Shown: positions 45,269 through 55,529 of the stretch, piece after piece
How positions within the stretch are numbered: the stretch's first letter is position 1
Layout: each line of letters opens with the position of its first letter
From: Cyanobacteria bacterium P01_D01_bin.156
GTDB taxonomy: Bacteria; Cyanobacteriota; Cyanobacteriia; Phormidesmidales; Phormidesmidaceae
NCBI GenBank assembly: GCA_039024555.1
Contig: JBCCQQ010000029.1
Span: 1-64,000, forward strand
Direction: 5' to 3'
DNA length: 64,000 bases
Program-made: the position numbers and the translations under genes
The notes under the pieces: generated by a model
The model's input: only the letters and a program-made list of their open reading frames with translations
What the model was told of the DNA's origin: nothing
Databases searched by the model: none

Positions 45269-46999
45269 CTAACTCTCGTCCTGACCATTCCACTGGCTGA
45301 TGCGGAAGATCACAAATTCCGCAGGACGTACCGGGCATACTCCCACTTCGATATACAATCGACCTAACAGCATGGTGTCAGAGGTATTTAGCTCACCGTC
45401 GCACTTAACGTAAAAAGCCTGTTCAGGGCTGCTACCCATAAGTGCGCCTTGTCGCCATAATTCTGTCAAGAAATTACTAACAACTCGCTTGACGCGCTGC
45501 CACAGATCTTCGTCGTTGGGCTCAAAAACAACCCACTGGGTACCTGTTTCGATGGACTTTTCAATGTAGCTCATTAGACGACGTACATTGATGTAGCGCC
45601 ATTCAGTAATATCGGGTTCCACCAAAGTGCGAGCACCCCAAATACGAATGCCACGACTGGGGAACGGACGTAAACAATTAATACCAATGGGGTTAAGTTG
45701 TTCCTGTTCCCGGAAGTTGCAATTGTAGGCTAGACCAGTGACACCGCGTGGTACCTCGTTGGCTGGCGCCTTGTGTACACCACGGGTTTCATCGGTGCGC
45801 GCCCACACACCCATAATATGACCACAGGGAGGAACCGTAATCGGGCGGCCACCATTGCGAGGGTTGGGGACTTCAATCCACGGATAGTAGAGGGCTGCAA
45901 ACTGCGAACGACGATTAAACTCTTCTGATAACCAGTGACTGACATCTTCAGGTTTTATGCGATCTGGGGGAGGATCAAACACCACCATACGATTAGGCGG
46001 ATTTGGAATGTCTCCTGCCGCGGCGGCTTCGCACATGCTAATCATCAAATCCATTACTGAGTGGACCTGATCAATATCCATTAACCCGGCTTCGTATACC
46101 CGCATAACATCGGGACAGGCAATAATGGTGACTTCGTCAATTTCAAATAGCCCCCGTAGGCCCGTACGATCATTGCCTGCCCCTTCTAAATGGCTAGGTA
46201 GTTCATCTTGGGATGATACGGGTAATGGTGGACTAATTTCGTAAAGTCCATTAGCTGGGCGGCGAGCCAAAATGCTACCGGTACTGTTGAGGGAGGTGGC
46301 AACAACATAGTTAGAGGTGCGTAGAGCATCCTCCACGTAGTCGGCAACGGCAGTATTTACCTGGGGATTCATGGTCAAGTGTTCAAACCGCTCTAGGGTT
46401 TCGTCACCTTGACGTACTGCAACAGTAAAGAACTCACCTGTATTGATATTGACTGTGGTGGCAGTAGCGGTGTTACCGTTACTGCTTTCTCCATCGCCAT
46501 TGTTGTCGACAGCGCTGGGTGGTTTGGGAGTACCGTTTAGGATTTGAATTTTCAGCGCACGGCTACCACCATTTTGAGATCCATTACTGAGTTGAGGCAT
46601 GCCGCTAGACTGCAGAGAGAATCTCAGAGTAGGGCGATCTCGACGGCTGAGTAAATCAGTGCCACTTTCAGTGACTTCGGGGGCAGGTGTTCCTGGGAGA
46701 CGTGTACCTATGCTGGTTACCCAACAACGACCACCGCCATTGAGAAACCAACCATAGACCGAAAATGGTAAATAGGCATCAAAATCAGTAAATCCATCGG
46801 AGTTAGGTTTGCCAAAATACTCCAAATACTGATTCCAGGTTGTTACCATCATGGGTCGAAAGAGTTCAGCCCCACCCCTAACATCCTCTGTAAATCCTAC
46901 AAAGCCAGCGATCGCAGTGGGTAATCCTTCGATTGGACGACTGCCGCGATCAACTTCCTCGACGTAAACCCCTGGCGCAAAATAGTCCAATCTTGCCAT
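45269..46999 (-). CDS. Contractile tail sheath protein (Afp2/3/4-like)
   Basis: YFAPGVYVEEV, FLNGGGRCWV, AALYYPW, VHKAPANE, IWGARTL, WRYINVRR, WVVFEPN, PVRPAEFVIFRISQ. ATG at 46999 preceded by GAGGT. Confidence 0.96.
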   Translation of the reverse strand: MARLDYFAPGVYVEEVDRGSRPIEGLPTAIAGFVGFTEDVRGGAELFRPMMVTTWNQYLEYFGKPNSDGFTDFDAYLPFSVYGWFLNGGGRCWVTSIGTRLPGTPAPEVTESGTDLLSRRDRPTLRFSLQSSGMPQLSNGSQNGGSRALKIQILNGTPKPPSAVDNNGDGESSNGNTATATTVNINTGEFFTVAVRQGDETLERFEHLTMNPQVNTAVADYVEDALRTSNYVVATSLNSTGSILARRPANGLYEISPPLPVSSQDELPSHLEGAGNDRTGLRGLFEIDEVTIIACPDVMRVYEAGLMDIDQVHSVMDLMISMCEAAAAGDIPNPPNRMVVFDPPPDRIKPEDVSHWLSEEFNRRSQFAALYYPWIEVPNPRNGGRPITVPPCGHIMGVWARTDETRGVHKAPANEVPRGVTGLAYNCNFREQEQLNPIGINCLRPFPSRGIRIWGARTLVEPDITEWRYINVRRLMSYIEKSIETGTQWVVFEPNDEDLWQRVKRVVSNFLTELWRQGALMGSSPEQAFYVKCDGELNTSDTMLLGRLYIEVGVCPVRPAEFVIFRISQWNGQDES

Positions 47000-47638
47000 A
47001 GGTCTGACCTCTAACCTCCACAATTAGTGCGAATCGAGTATTCATTTCAGTAAAAAAGGTTTCTGTTCTAAAAGAACAATCTTTTGTTGCACATTAGCGG
47101 AGACCTCTTCATCTCGGTTAGTAGACTTTTGTCGGGTTTCCTAATCTTTGCTCCATCTTGTGATGGTGACAGTCAGTTCTCTGGCGGATTAAACCGTTTC
47201 CTATTAGGTGTTATTGAGTCTCTGTTCGCAAACACATCTGTGAGATGTCAGTTATATGTCGTCAGAGTTAATCAAGAAAGAATCAAAACTTTTTGATAAT
47301 TTGTTACAGAGCCCAAAAACGCGATAGTGAGCCAGATAAATCTGTTTAATAATAATTTTAGAATGCCATAGAAAACCTTTTGAGCCAGCTGTTTAGATGC
47401 ACAGACATTGTCTGTCAAAACCATCCTACTTTCAGGCGATTGCTAATTAAACAACTGTTTGTATCATTCATGAAATCTGTCTACGTGGTAACTCGGTGGG
47501 ATGATTGCAAATATGAGGGTTAATGGTTGAAGAGAGCTTGGTGGTTAGCCCCCTATTAACCAAGACAAACTATTTCAGTCAAAAACTCCCTTTTAAAGCA
47601 GTGATACTTCTCAAGACATCAAGCATTTATCAGAATAT
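47000..47638. promoter_or_regulatory. Divergent AT-rich promoter region between the sheath operon and the regulator/ATPase operon
   Basis: About 640 bp, non-coding and AT-rich, between divergent starts. No specific operator identified. Confidence 0.55.
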
Positions 47639-48367
47639 ATGACTGTTTCTACCGATTTGCTTCAACGCTTCTCAACTGCTGAGGATCCTCTCTCGTTGCA
47701 ACAATATTCTATATTGTTGGCAGATGGTGACTGTAAGTTTCGTCAAGGATTACGATTGCTGTTGGAATTTTATAATGCTAACGGTAATCGTAAATGTGTG
47801 GTGGTGGGTGAGGCTGCCTCGGGGGCACAGGCTCTGCACCTGAGTCAAAGCCAACATCCTAGCCTGATTATTCTAGATGTCGGTTTAGAAAATAGCTGGG
47901 AAGCTACGGTTGACATTTTGGCTCAATTACAGCAACAGGACTCTGCTCCCCATGTATTACTGGTTAACAATAGTCAGGAACCTGACCATTTGTTTGAAGG
48001 AATGCAGGCAGGAGCATCAGGCTACCTGACTAAAGACCGGATTGCAACAGAATTATTACAAGCCATTAGTACCATTGCTGCTGGCCAAGTTTATCTCAGT
48101 ACGGCGATGGTGAATATGTTTTTCTACTTGTTTCAATCCCATGCGAAACAATCTCTAGAGAAATGTAAATTGCTTCACCTGAGTAAGCGTGAGCAGGAGG
48201 TGCTTAAGCTGTTGGCTCGGGGAGAGTCAAATGAAGAGATCGCTGGAGAACTCTTCATTTCAGTGGCTACCGTTAAATCGCATTTTACTTCTATTTTTGA
48301 AAAACTAGGGGTGAAAAGCCGGACTCAAGCGATTATTCGGGCCCTGCGACTGGGGCTGGTGTCATGA
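47639..48367 (+). CDS. NarL/LuxR-family response regulator (REC + LuxR HTH)
   Basis: VVGEA, LIILDV, GASGYLTKD; LSKREQEVLKLLARGESNEEIAGELFISVATVKSH. Confidence 0.92.
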   Translation: MTVSTDLLQRFSTAEDPLSLQQYSILLADGDCKFRQGLRLLLEFYNANGNRKCVVVGEAASGAQALHLSQSQHPSLIILDVGLENSWEATVDILAQLQQQDSAPHVLLVNNSQEPDHLFEGMQAGASGYLTKDRIATELLQAISTIAAGQVYLSTAMVNMFFYLFQSHAKQSLEKCKLLHLSKREQEVLKLLARGESNEEIAGELFISVATVKSHFTSIFEKLGVKSRTQAIIRALRLGLVS

Positions 48368-49662
48368 GTAATCATTTAGCGATCGCAACTGTAACGGCCA
48401 CTGTGCAGCGGCTGTTGCAGCACTCGGTACAAACCAGCGTGGAGGGGGCTCGGGTCACCTGGGCTCGACCTGAAAACCAGGGGGGCAATGTCCCGGAAAC
48501 GGGCATTACCCTCTACCTATATCACCTGAAACGAAATACCGCCTTTGGCAATGCCGACAGTCCGGGACGACAACGGCGCAGTGACATTGCCCGGCGCAAT
48601 CAGTTGGCCATTGATCTATATTATCTTCTCTCTTTTTATGGCGATGGGGGAGAATTAGAACCCCATCGTTTATTAGGGAGTACGCTACAGCTGTTTGAAG
48701 ATCAGGCATTACTCACCAGCCGCATGGTTCGCGAGACCCTGGCGGACCCTACCTATGGCTATCTGGCTGATTCTGATCTAGCAGAGCAGTTAGAAATGAT
48801 GCGATTTGAGCTGTTGCCATTGTCAACGGACGAGCTGTCAAAAATCTGGTCGGTGTTTTTTCAAACCCCCCATGCCCTGTCAGTTTGTTATAAGGTCACC
48901 GTCGTCATGATTGAAGGGCGAGAGCCGGGGCAGCGAGCCTTGCCCGTACGCGATCGCCGACTGGGGATTGCCCCCTTTACGCAACAGCCTGTAGTGGAAC
49001 AGGTGCTGGCGGCAACGGGGCGCTATGATCCCATTTTGGCCAATAGTGTGTTGCGTATCCATGGCAGGCTGTTAGCCGCTACTACGGTGCAGGTACGCAT
49101 TTGCGGGGTGGAGGTTACCCCCACCCAGGTCAGCGAAACAGATATTGTCGTGCCCCTACAGGCTGTGCCCCGAGAGGCCATGCAGGTTGGGGTGCAAAGT
49201 CTTCAGATCGTGCATCAGCGATCGCGGACTCCCGAGCGCCGACAGCCAGCGGCCACGGTGATGACCTTAGCGCCTACCGCTGTTGCGGTGGAGTCTAATG
49301 TGGCTCCATTTGTATTGCGGCCCACCATTGAACGGCTGCAGGTCCATCAGGAGTCTAGTTTAGATGATGAACCCCGGCGGGTGACATTTACGGTGACAGT
49401 GGATGTGCCGTTGCGGCCTGGGCAGCGGGCATTGCTTTGCCTAAATGAGCGCAGTGCCGATGCGCCAAAGGCCTATGTCTTTGAGACGGAACGAATTCTT
49501 GAGACCACTACAACGCTGACTTTTTCGACCTATCAACTATTGCCAGGGGATTATCTTGTGCGGTTGCAGGTGGATGGGGCGGAAAGTGTGTTGCAGGTGG
49601 ATCAAAATCCCCAAAGTCCCACATTTGAACAATATATTGCCCCCCTCTGCAGCATTTCATGA
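48364..49662 (+). CDS. Pvc16/Afp16-like (DUF4255) cap/tail terminator protein with C-terminal Ig-like domains
   Basis: MSNHLAIATVTAT, LYLYH, DLYYLLSFYG, ELSKIWSVF, SVCYKVTVVMIE. ATGA overlap with the regulator gene. Confidence 0.87.
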   Translation: MSNHLAIATVTATVQRLLQHSVQTSVEGARVTWARPENQGGNVPETGITLYLYHLKRNTAFGNADSPGRQRRSDIARRNQLAIDLYYLLSFYGDGGELEPHRLLGSTLQLFEDQALLTSRMVRETLADPTYGYLADSDLAEQLEMMRFELLPLSTDELSKIWSVFFQTPHALSVCYKVTVVMIEGREPGQRALPVRDRRLGIAPFTQQPVVEQVLAATGRYDPILANSVLRIHGRLLAATTVQVRICGVEVTPTQVSETDIVVPLQAVPREAMQVGVQSLQIVHQRSRTPERRQPAATVMTLAPTAVAVESNVAPFVLRPTIERLQVHQESSLDDEPRRVTFTVTVDVPLRPGQRALLCLNERSADAPKAYVFETERILETTTTLTFSTYQLLPGDYLVRLQVDGAESVLQVDQNPQSPTFEQYIAPLCSIS

Positions 49663-51635
49663 CTCTCACGGCTTCTCCCCTTACCTGGCAACAGGCCAAT
49701 CAGCAGTACTTACAGGCCCAGTTAACTAAAATAAAATTACAGCTGAGTCAAAAGGCTGAACAGCCCTGTGATCTGCCAGACGATCCGATTAGGGATATCG
49801 AACAGGCCGCCCAACAGCTAGAGTCTCCCTCCTCACTAGAACAGCTTTGCGACACCTTTGAGCTGTCCACCTTTGAGCGAGATATTTTAGTCCTGTGTGC
49901 GGGCATGGAGCTGGATGCCAGCATTGCCCCGCTCTGTGCCCTGGCCCAGGGAGACCCGCAAAAGCCTTTTCCCACATTGAGTTTAGCGCTGAGTTTATTT
50001 ACAGATGCCCATTGGAGTGCGCTAACGCCCCGTGCGCCGCTGCGGCGCTGGCGTTTGATTGAGCTGGGTAAAGGTCTGGGGTTGATGCAGCGATCGCTAC
50101 AGGTGAATGAGCGAATTTTGCATTACCTGGCGGGGATTCATCATTTGGATGAGAGACTGACTGGCCTGATAGAGCCGCTTGGCACCCTAAGTAATCTGGT
50201 GGCTTCTCACCAAGCCTTGGCCAATCAGCTAGCCGATACCTGGGCGCAGGCAGCGGAGCAGCCGACATTGCCTATTTTGCAGCTGGCGGGGGATAGTCCT
50301 ACCAGCCAGCAAGCGATCGCAGGTCGGGTGTGTCGAGATCTCAATCTGCAGCTGCATAGTTTGGCAGGGCAAGATGTCCCGGCTAATGCAAAGGATTTGG
50401 TGCAGTTTCTTCAGCTATGGGAGCGTGAGGCGATCCTGAGCAGCAGTGCGTTGTTGCTGGACTGTACAGAAACCAGTCTAGAAAAACATCAGGAACCGAT
50501 CACTCGGCTGCTAGAACAGATTCGCAGTCCGCTGATGGTGACCACTCGCGATCGCGTTCACTGTCAGAAACGCACCATCCTCAATATCGATGTCAATAAG
50601 CCCAGCCATGGCGAACAGCAAAACCTCTGGGAGCAGCATCTGCAGGCATTTGATCCTAAGTTCCTTCAAGTTGTTCCGGCGTTAGTCACCCAGTTTAACC
50701 TTAGCCATCCTGAAATTGCGGCGGTATGTACCCGTGTGTTTAGTCAGGTGGATCGGGCGACGCTTACCCCTGCGATTCTGCAGGCTGAACTGTGGGATGG
50801 CTGTCGGTTGCAGGCACGACCGCAAATGGACGATTTGGCCCAGCGCATTACGGTAAAAGCCACCTGGGACGATCTGGTGCTGCCGGAGACTCAGCTAGAA
50901 ACCTTGCGTACGGTGACAGCCCAGGTGCGACAGCGGGTAAAGGTATATGAAGACTGGGGATTTTCGAGTAAAAATATGCGCGGTCTGGGCATTAGTGCAT
51001 TGTTTGCTGGACCTAGCGGTACAGGTAAAACTACAGCTGCAGAGATTTTGGCCAATGAGCTAAACCTAGATCTTTATCGCATTGACTTGAGTGCTGTCGT
51101 CAGTAAATACATTGGAGAGACGGAGAAAAATTTACGCCGAGTATTTGATGCGGCGGAAGGTGGCGGTGCGGTGTTGTTGTTTGATGAAGCCGATGCGCTA
51201 TTTGGTAAGCGCAGTGATGTCAAAGACAGTCACGATCGCCATGCAAATATTGAGGTGAGTTATTTGCTGCAGCGGATGGAAGCCTATCAGGGGTTAGCGA
51301 TTCTCACCACTAACTTGAAAGGGGCCTTAGACAGTGCCTTTATGCGGCGGATTCGGTTTGTGTTGCAGTTTACATTTCCGGATGTGAGTCAGCGGATGGA
51401 AATCTGGCGGAGGATTTTTCCAAGGGAGACTCCGACTAAAGACTTAAGTGTGGAACGTCTCGCTCGTTTACAGGTGGCAGGGGGAAATATTAGAAATATT
51501 GCTCTTAATGCGGCGTTTTTGGCTGCAGATGCGGGGGAACCGGTGATGATGAAGCATTTGCTGGTTTCTGCACGAGGGGAATATAGCAAGTTGGAAAAAA
51601 CACTGACGGATCGAGAGATTAAGGGGTGGGTTTAA
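49659..51635 (+). CDS. eCIS AAA+ ATPase (Afp15/Pvc15-like)
   Basis: GPSGTGKT, VVSKYIGETEKNL, LLFDEADALFGKRS, ILTTN, AFMRR. Confidence 0.95.
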   Translation: MTLTASPLTWQQANQQYLQAQLTKIKLQLSQKAEQPCDLPDDPIRDIEQAAQQLESPSSLEQLCDTFELSTFERDILVLCAGMELDASIAPLCALAQGDPQKPFPTLSLALSLFTDAHWSALTPRAPLRRWRLIELGKGLGLMQRSLQVNERILHYLAGIHHLDERLTGLIEPLGTLSNLVASHQALANQLADTWAQAAEQPTLPILQLAGDSPTSQQAIAGRVCRDLNLQLHSLAGQDVPANAKDLVQFLQLWEREAILSSSALLLDCTETSLEKHQEPITRLLEQIRSPLMVTTRDRVHCQKRTILNIDVNKPSHGEQQNLWEQHLQAFDPKFLQVVPALVTQFNLSHPEIAAVCTRVFSQVDRATLTPAILQAELWDGCRLQARPQMDDLAQRITVKATWDDLVLPETQLETLRTVTAQVRQRVKVYEDWGFSSKNMRGLGISALFAGPSGTGKTTAAEILANELNLDLYRIDLSAVVSKYIGETEKNLRRVFDAAEGGGAVLLFDEADALFGKRSDVKDSHDRHANIEVSYLLQRMEAYQGLAILTTNLKGALDSAFMRRIRFVLQFTFPDVSQRMEIWRRIFPRETPTKDLSVERLARLQVAGGNIRNIALNAAFLAADAGEPVMMKHLLVSARGEYSKLEKTLTDREIKGWV

Positions 51636-51637
51636 CG

Positions 51638-54600
51638 ATGGTCAGACGACGACAGCGACAAACTCAACAAGACTTACCTCCAGTGGCTCAACTGGATCGG
51701 CCATCTTCAAGTAATTCCTTGTTTGCATCAGATATTGATACTTCAGAATGGAACTCTGAAGAAAATAGTGAAACAATCTCTCCCCAAAATCTTTTAACCC
51801 ATTCTCAACAACAAGGATTTCAATTTTCCCATACGCCTATTCTGTCTACCGCAGAAAAACAGGCACCCTCATCACCAATCCAAGCAAAACTAGCCGTAGG
51901 CTCAGCCAACGATGCCTATGAACAAGAAGCGGACGATATTTCAGAGCAGGTTATTGGCCAAATATATGAATCAGGAGATGGCCACCTTCCCCAAAATACG
52001 ATAAATCTTCATAAAAAATCTCCATCACCCTTCAAAGCACTGCAGTGCTATAGATCAACACCTCAGCCAGCAAAAGGACAACAGCCCGTTTCCCCGGAGG
52101 TTGAAACACAGGTTGATCACATGCGGGGCAAAGGCCAATCTCTGCCCCGTGAGACTCAACAAACAATGGAGCAGGCCTTTGGCACTGACTTTAGCACTGT
52201 CAAAATACACACAGATAATCAGGCCCATCGATTAAATGAGTCTGTACAGGCTAAGGCATTTACCACTGGGCCAGACATTTTCTTCCGTAGAGGCACCTAT
52301 CAGCCCAGTCATCAAGAAGGGCAAAAACTAATTGCCCATGAGCTGACCCATGTTGTGCAGCAGCAAAGGTCTCCAACTGGTCAGACAACGATTCTCCAAC
52401 GCGATCCCACAAATAACTCTTCAGATAAGACTTCTGCAGAAACTGATGATAAGGATGATATTAAAGCTACATCGGAAGGTGAAGCATCTGCATCCTCTAC
52501 AGCAGATACTGGAGGAGAGATGAACGATTTTGACTTAGGACAGTCTCCATCAGTTGGGATCTCAGGTTTGTTAGCTAGAGGTCGTAGCAGCTCTCGAAGG
52601 CCGATAGGTAAAAAAGCAGATTCTTTGAAGCCTACTAATACAGGCTCTTCAAATAAACAGCTAATACATTCATCTACATCTCCTACGACAAACACTGGGA
52701 AAAATAGTTCATTCCTTGGTAAAAGAAATCCACATATAAAGTTCGGTGTTTTGGACCCTGATCTGGAGGCAGAATTTAATCATTCCCCAACCTTTGACCA
52801 TGTGGATGATACTTCCCAATATCATAGAACCAGTCAACCGCTCAAGAGAGTGGGAAATCATTCTACAGAAAGATCATTAGAACAATATTTATCAGAGGCT
52901 AGTCTGGAAATTGCCAACATCGAAAATGAGGTCTTAAATATTGCAGATAAAAGTTCTGAGGAAGGTAAGAATAGTCAAGAAAATTTATCTGAATTAAAGA
53001 TAAAAGAAGAAAAAATCAAAGAAATATTTGAAACATTAGATAAATGTCGTATAGGTCTTCGAACTAAAAATGTTGATGCTTCACATGATGATTTCTTAGG
53101 TGAGACCCAAGAGAATAATTCTGAAAGTTTTGAAAAGCTTAGACTTAAGTATGCAGAAGCAAAAATTATAAAAGGTAAAATAGAAGACCTGATCACAGAA
53201 AACAAGTATGAAAGCATTCGTCAAAACATAGATGGAGAAACTCTTTTGACGGATGTTGAGGTTGGTGGTGCAGCCTCAACGGTTACCAATGCTGCGCTAG
53301 GGACGTTAGATACTGCAAAAGCTTCAACTTATCAGTATTCAAAACAGGTCTATGAGGACTCTAAATATGTTCAGAATAAGGCTAATCAAATTGGTGGCTA
53401 TGCCGAATACGTTGAAGATGCCCAAACAGCTTATTCAAAGGCAGATGAACTTGATAAAATTCCTCCAAATAAGGTGCTTTCTTCAGATGAGCAGGTAAAG
53501 ATTCAAGACCTCAGATTAAAGAAAGAAAATATTGTTAAGCGCATTACTCTTAAGCGCACGAAAAAAGAATCTATAGAGGCTAAACTCAAGGATAAGAGTC
53601 TTCTTGTAGAAGCTGATGACTACGCCGATAAGCTGAAAAAAGCTCAAAGTATCGTAGAGTTTAAGCAAGAGTTTGTTTACTATTTTTATGATCAGACAAA
53701 AATAATACAAGAAGAATTCAAGGATAAAGAAGAAAATCCTGAAAAAAATAAAGCAACAGCAAAAGCTAATGTAATGGCAGCTCATGCCAAGTCTGCAGCT
53801 GATGAAATCAGAGGCCATAGACTTGAAGCTAAGAAAATTCGCAATGATTTGAGAAAACAAGGGGTATATCCTGATATACCTCATGCTATTGCTGGAGCTG
53901 CAAAAACAGAAGTTAGGGACTTTTTAGTTGGAGTTGCGACTTTAGGCTTAGGAACTGCAAAGGCACAGAAAGATAAGCGAGGCTATACCGAAGGTACTGA
54001 ATACACGTCAATATTTTCTCAAGTCAAGGAAGCCTATCAAAAGGTTAAAGCACTTACCAATATTAATCCTGACGAAGATGGATATTTAGATAAGTTTGCT
54101 GCTGGTTTAGAGGTAATTAATAGCTGCCTAATTGAACCCGTTAAGCGTGTTGCTAAAAACATAGGCTTGCTTGCAACTGGCCTATCTTTTGTTCCAGTGC
54201 CAGGTATACAGATAGTCACTGTCACCATTGCAACAATTGCTAGTACTGTGAAGCTGATTCTCTCAACGATTAAAGCTGCAATTAGTGCAGTTATTGGTGT
54301 TATCAGAGGATTGCAAACCGTTATCTCTGCATGGTGGGCTCAAGATCCAAGGACAGCTATGTATCGGCAGGCACAACTACAAGATAGTGGGTTTACCACG
54401 TTGAAAGATGCAGCAGGAGTCGGTGGCTCGGAACTAACAGGCTTCATGGCGAGTATTTCTGAGCTAAATAAAATTGAACCGGTTACAACTCAAGATATCT
54501 TTTCTGGCAATTTAGAAGGTGAGGTAACTGAAAACATTAACAGTAAAATAGAAGCTAAACTTCCAGAGGAGAATGGAGCATCCACGTCTGAAGCAGAGTC

Positions 54601-55195
54601 TGCTACCTTGCAAGAGCAATTCAAAGCCAAGGCCGCAAAAGTGCCTGAGCAGGCATTGTCAATAGCTCAAACAGTTGCTGTCCAAGGACCTAGTGCTGCT
54701 GTGGATAGCACGACTGCTATAGCTAGTGCTGCGTATCTTAGCGGAGTAAATGACAACACTGATACCCGTAAACAACAAGAAGCAGGGAAACTGTCACCCA
54801 CTGCTGGTCATCAAACTGGAGCTGTATCCAACAATGCATTGTCTGCCGCTTCGACGATGGAACGAAAGGTTTCTAAAGGCTTAATTATGCAGCGACGTGA
54901 CAAGGCAACTGAAAAGTTGGGGTACATCACTCAAAACTTTGGAGATGCAGACAGGAAAGTTGGAGACGTTGAAAAGAAATCAAACGAATTAAATACCGGA
55001 CTGCAGCCACAAGCTTCACAGTCAAATGATACAGCTGAGGTTACTGAAGAAGACCGTAGTTCTGCCTCTGGTACAGTTCAAAAAATTAAGGATACGCTTC
55101 AAGATGCTAAAGACGGATTTGCTGCTGGCAAATCGTTTTTACAACAGGGACAAAAAGGTGTTGAGAAAGCTGTTACATCTAAATTAGAAGAATAA
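51638..55195 (+). CDS. DUF4157 eCIS cargo/effector with helical, hydrophobic C-terminal region
   Basis: IQAKLAVGSANDAYEQEAD, DFSTVKIH...AHELTHVVQQ, then LLATGLSFVPVPGIQIVTVTIATIAST. Start at ATG 51638. Confidence 0.85.
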   Translation: MVRRRQRQTQQDLPPVAQLDRPSSSNSLFASDIDTSEWNSEENSETISPQNLLTHSQQQGFQFSHTPILSTAEKQAPSSPIQAKLAVGSANDAYEQEADDISEQVIGQIYESGDGHLPQNTINLHKKSPSPFKALQCYRSTPQPAKGQQPVSPEVETQVDHMRGKGQSLPRETQQTMEQAFGTDFSTVKIHTDNQAHRLNESVQAKAFTTGPDIFFRRGTYQPSHQEGQKLIAHELTHVVQQQRSPTGQTTILQRDPTNNSSDKTSAETDDKDDIKATSEGEASASSTADTGGEMNDFDLGQSPSVGISGLLARGRSSSRRPIGKKADSLKPTNTGSSNKQLIHSSTSPTTNTGKNSSFLGKRNPHIKFGVLDPDLEAEFNHSPTFDHVDDTSQYHRTSQPLKRVGNHSTERSLEQYLSEASLEIANIENEVLNIADKSSEEGKNSQENLSELKIKEEKIKEIFETLDKCRIGLRTKNVDASHDDFLGETQENNSESFEKLRLKYAEAKIIKGKIEDLITENKYESIRQNIDGETLLTDVEVGGAASTVTNAALGTLDTAKASTYQYSKQVYEDSKYVQNKANQIGGYAEYVEDAQTAYSKADELDKIPPNKVLSSDEQVKIQDLRLKKENIVKRITLKRTKKESIEAKLKDKSLLVEADDYADKLKKAQSIVEFKQEFVYYFYDQTKIIQEEFKDKEENPEKNKATAKANVMAAHAKSAADEIRGHRLEAKKIRNDLRKQGVYPDIPHAIAGAAKTEVRDFLVGVATLGLGTAKAQKDKRGYTEGTEYTSIFSQVKEAYQKVKALTNINPDEDGYLDKFAAGLEVINSCLIEPVKRVAKNIGLLATGLSFVPVPGIQIVTVTIATIASTVKLILSTIKAAISAVIGVIRGLQTVISAWWAQDPRTAMYRQAQLQDSGFTTLKDAAGVGGSELTGFMASISELNKIEPVTTQDIFSGNLEGEVTENINSKIEAKLPEENGASTSEAESATLQEQFKAKAAKVPEQALSIAQTVAVQGPSAAVDSTTAIASAAYLSGVNDNTDTRKQQEAGKLSPTAGHQTGAVSNNALSAASTMERKVSKGLIMQRRDKATEKLGYITQNFGDADRKVGDVEKKSNELNTGLQPQASQSNDTAEVTEEDRSSASGTVQKIKDTLQDAKDGFAAGKSFLQQGQKGVEKAVTSKLEE

Positions 55196-55283
55196 AAATG
55201 TGAGAAACAACATTGCTGAGCAAGGTGATTGCACCATTTTGAGGGTGTTAAGCGTTTTCTCAAAAAAACTGTACCGGTTTAAT

Positions 55284-55352
55284 GCTCCCCTCACTTCTAC
55301 ATCCTAGAAGGAAAAGACTCAAAGTTCCCTAGAATTCAGGACTTAGGGGGCC
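55284..55352. repeat. Degenerate cyanobacterial palindromic dispersed repeat
   Basis: ACTCAAAGTTCCCTAGAATTCAGGACTTAGGGGGC resembles the CAAAGTCCCCCAGAATTGGGGGATTTAGGGGGC-type repeat (recalled, not searched) and is related to the 27931 element. Confidence 0.5.
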
Positions 55353-55529
55353 TAGATGTCTATGAGCTTTTTTACAAGACCTGTTTAAGGGATAGTGTAT
55401 GACGTGCCGTGAGCGAAGCTTCAAAAGCGGGCAACCTCCAGGGTGAGGTAAGCATTAAATATGCAGCAAGAAAAAGACATTCAGTTCTTAAAACCTCATT
55501 GCCCAGTAGGTAGCAGTAGGGACAGTTCA

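Noticed and set aside
47000..47638. NtcA box (GTA-N8-TAC) in the divergent promoter
   Set aside because: No convincing match was found by eye.
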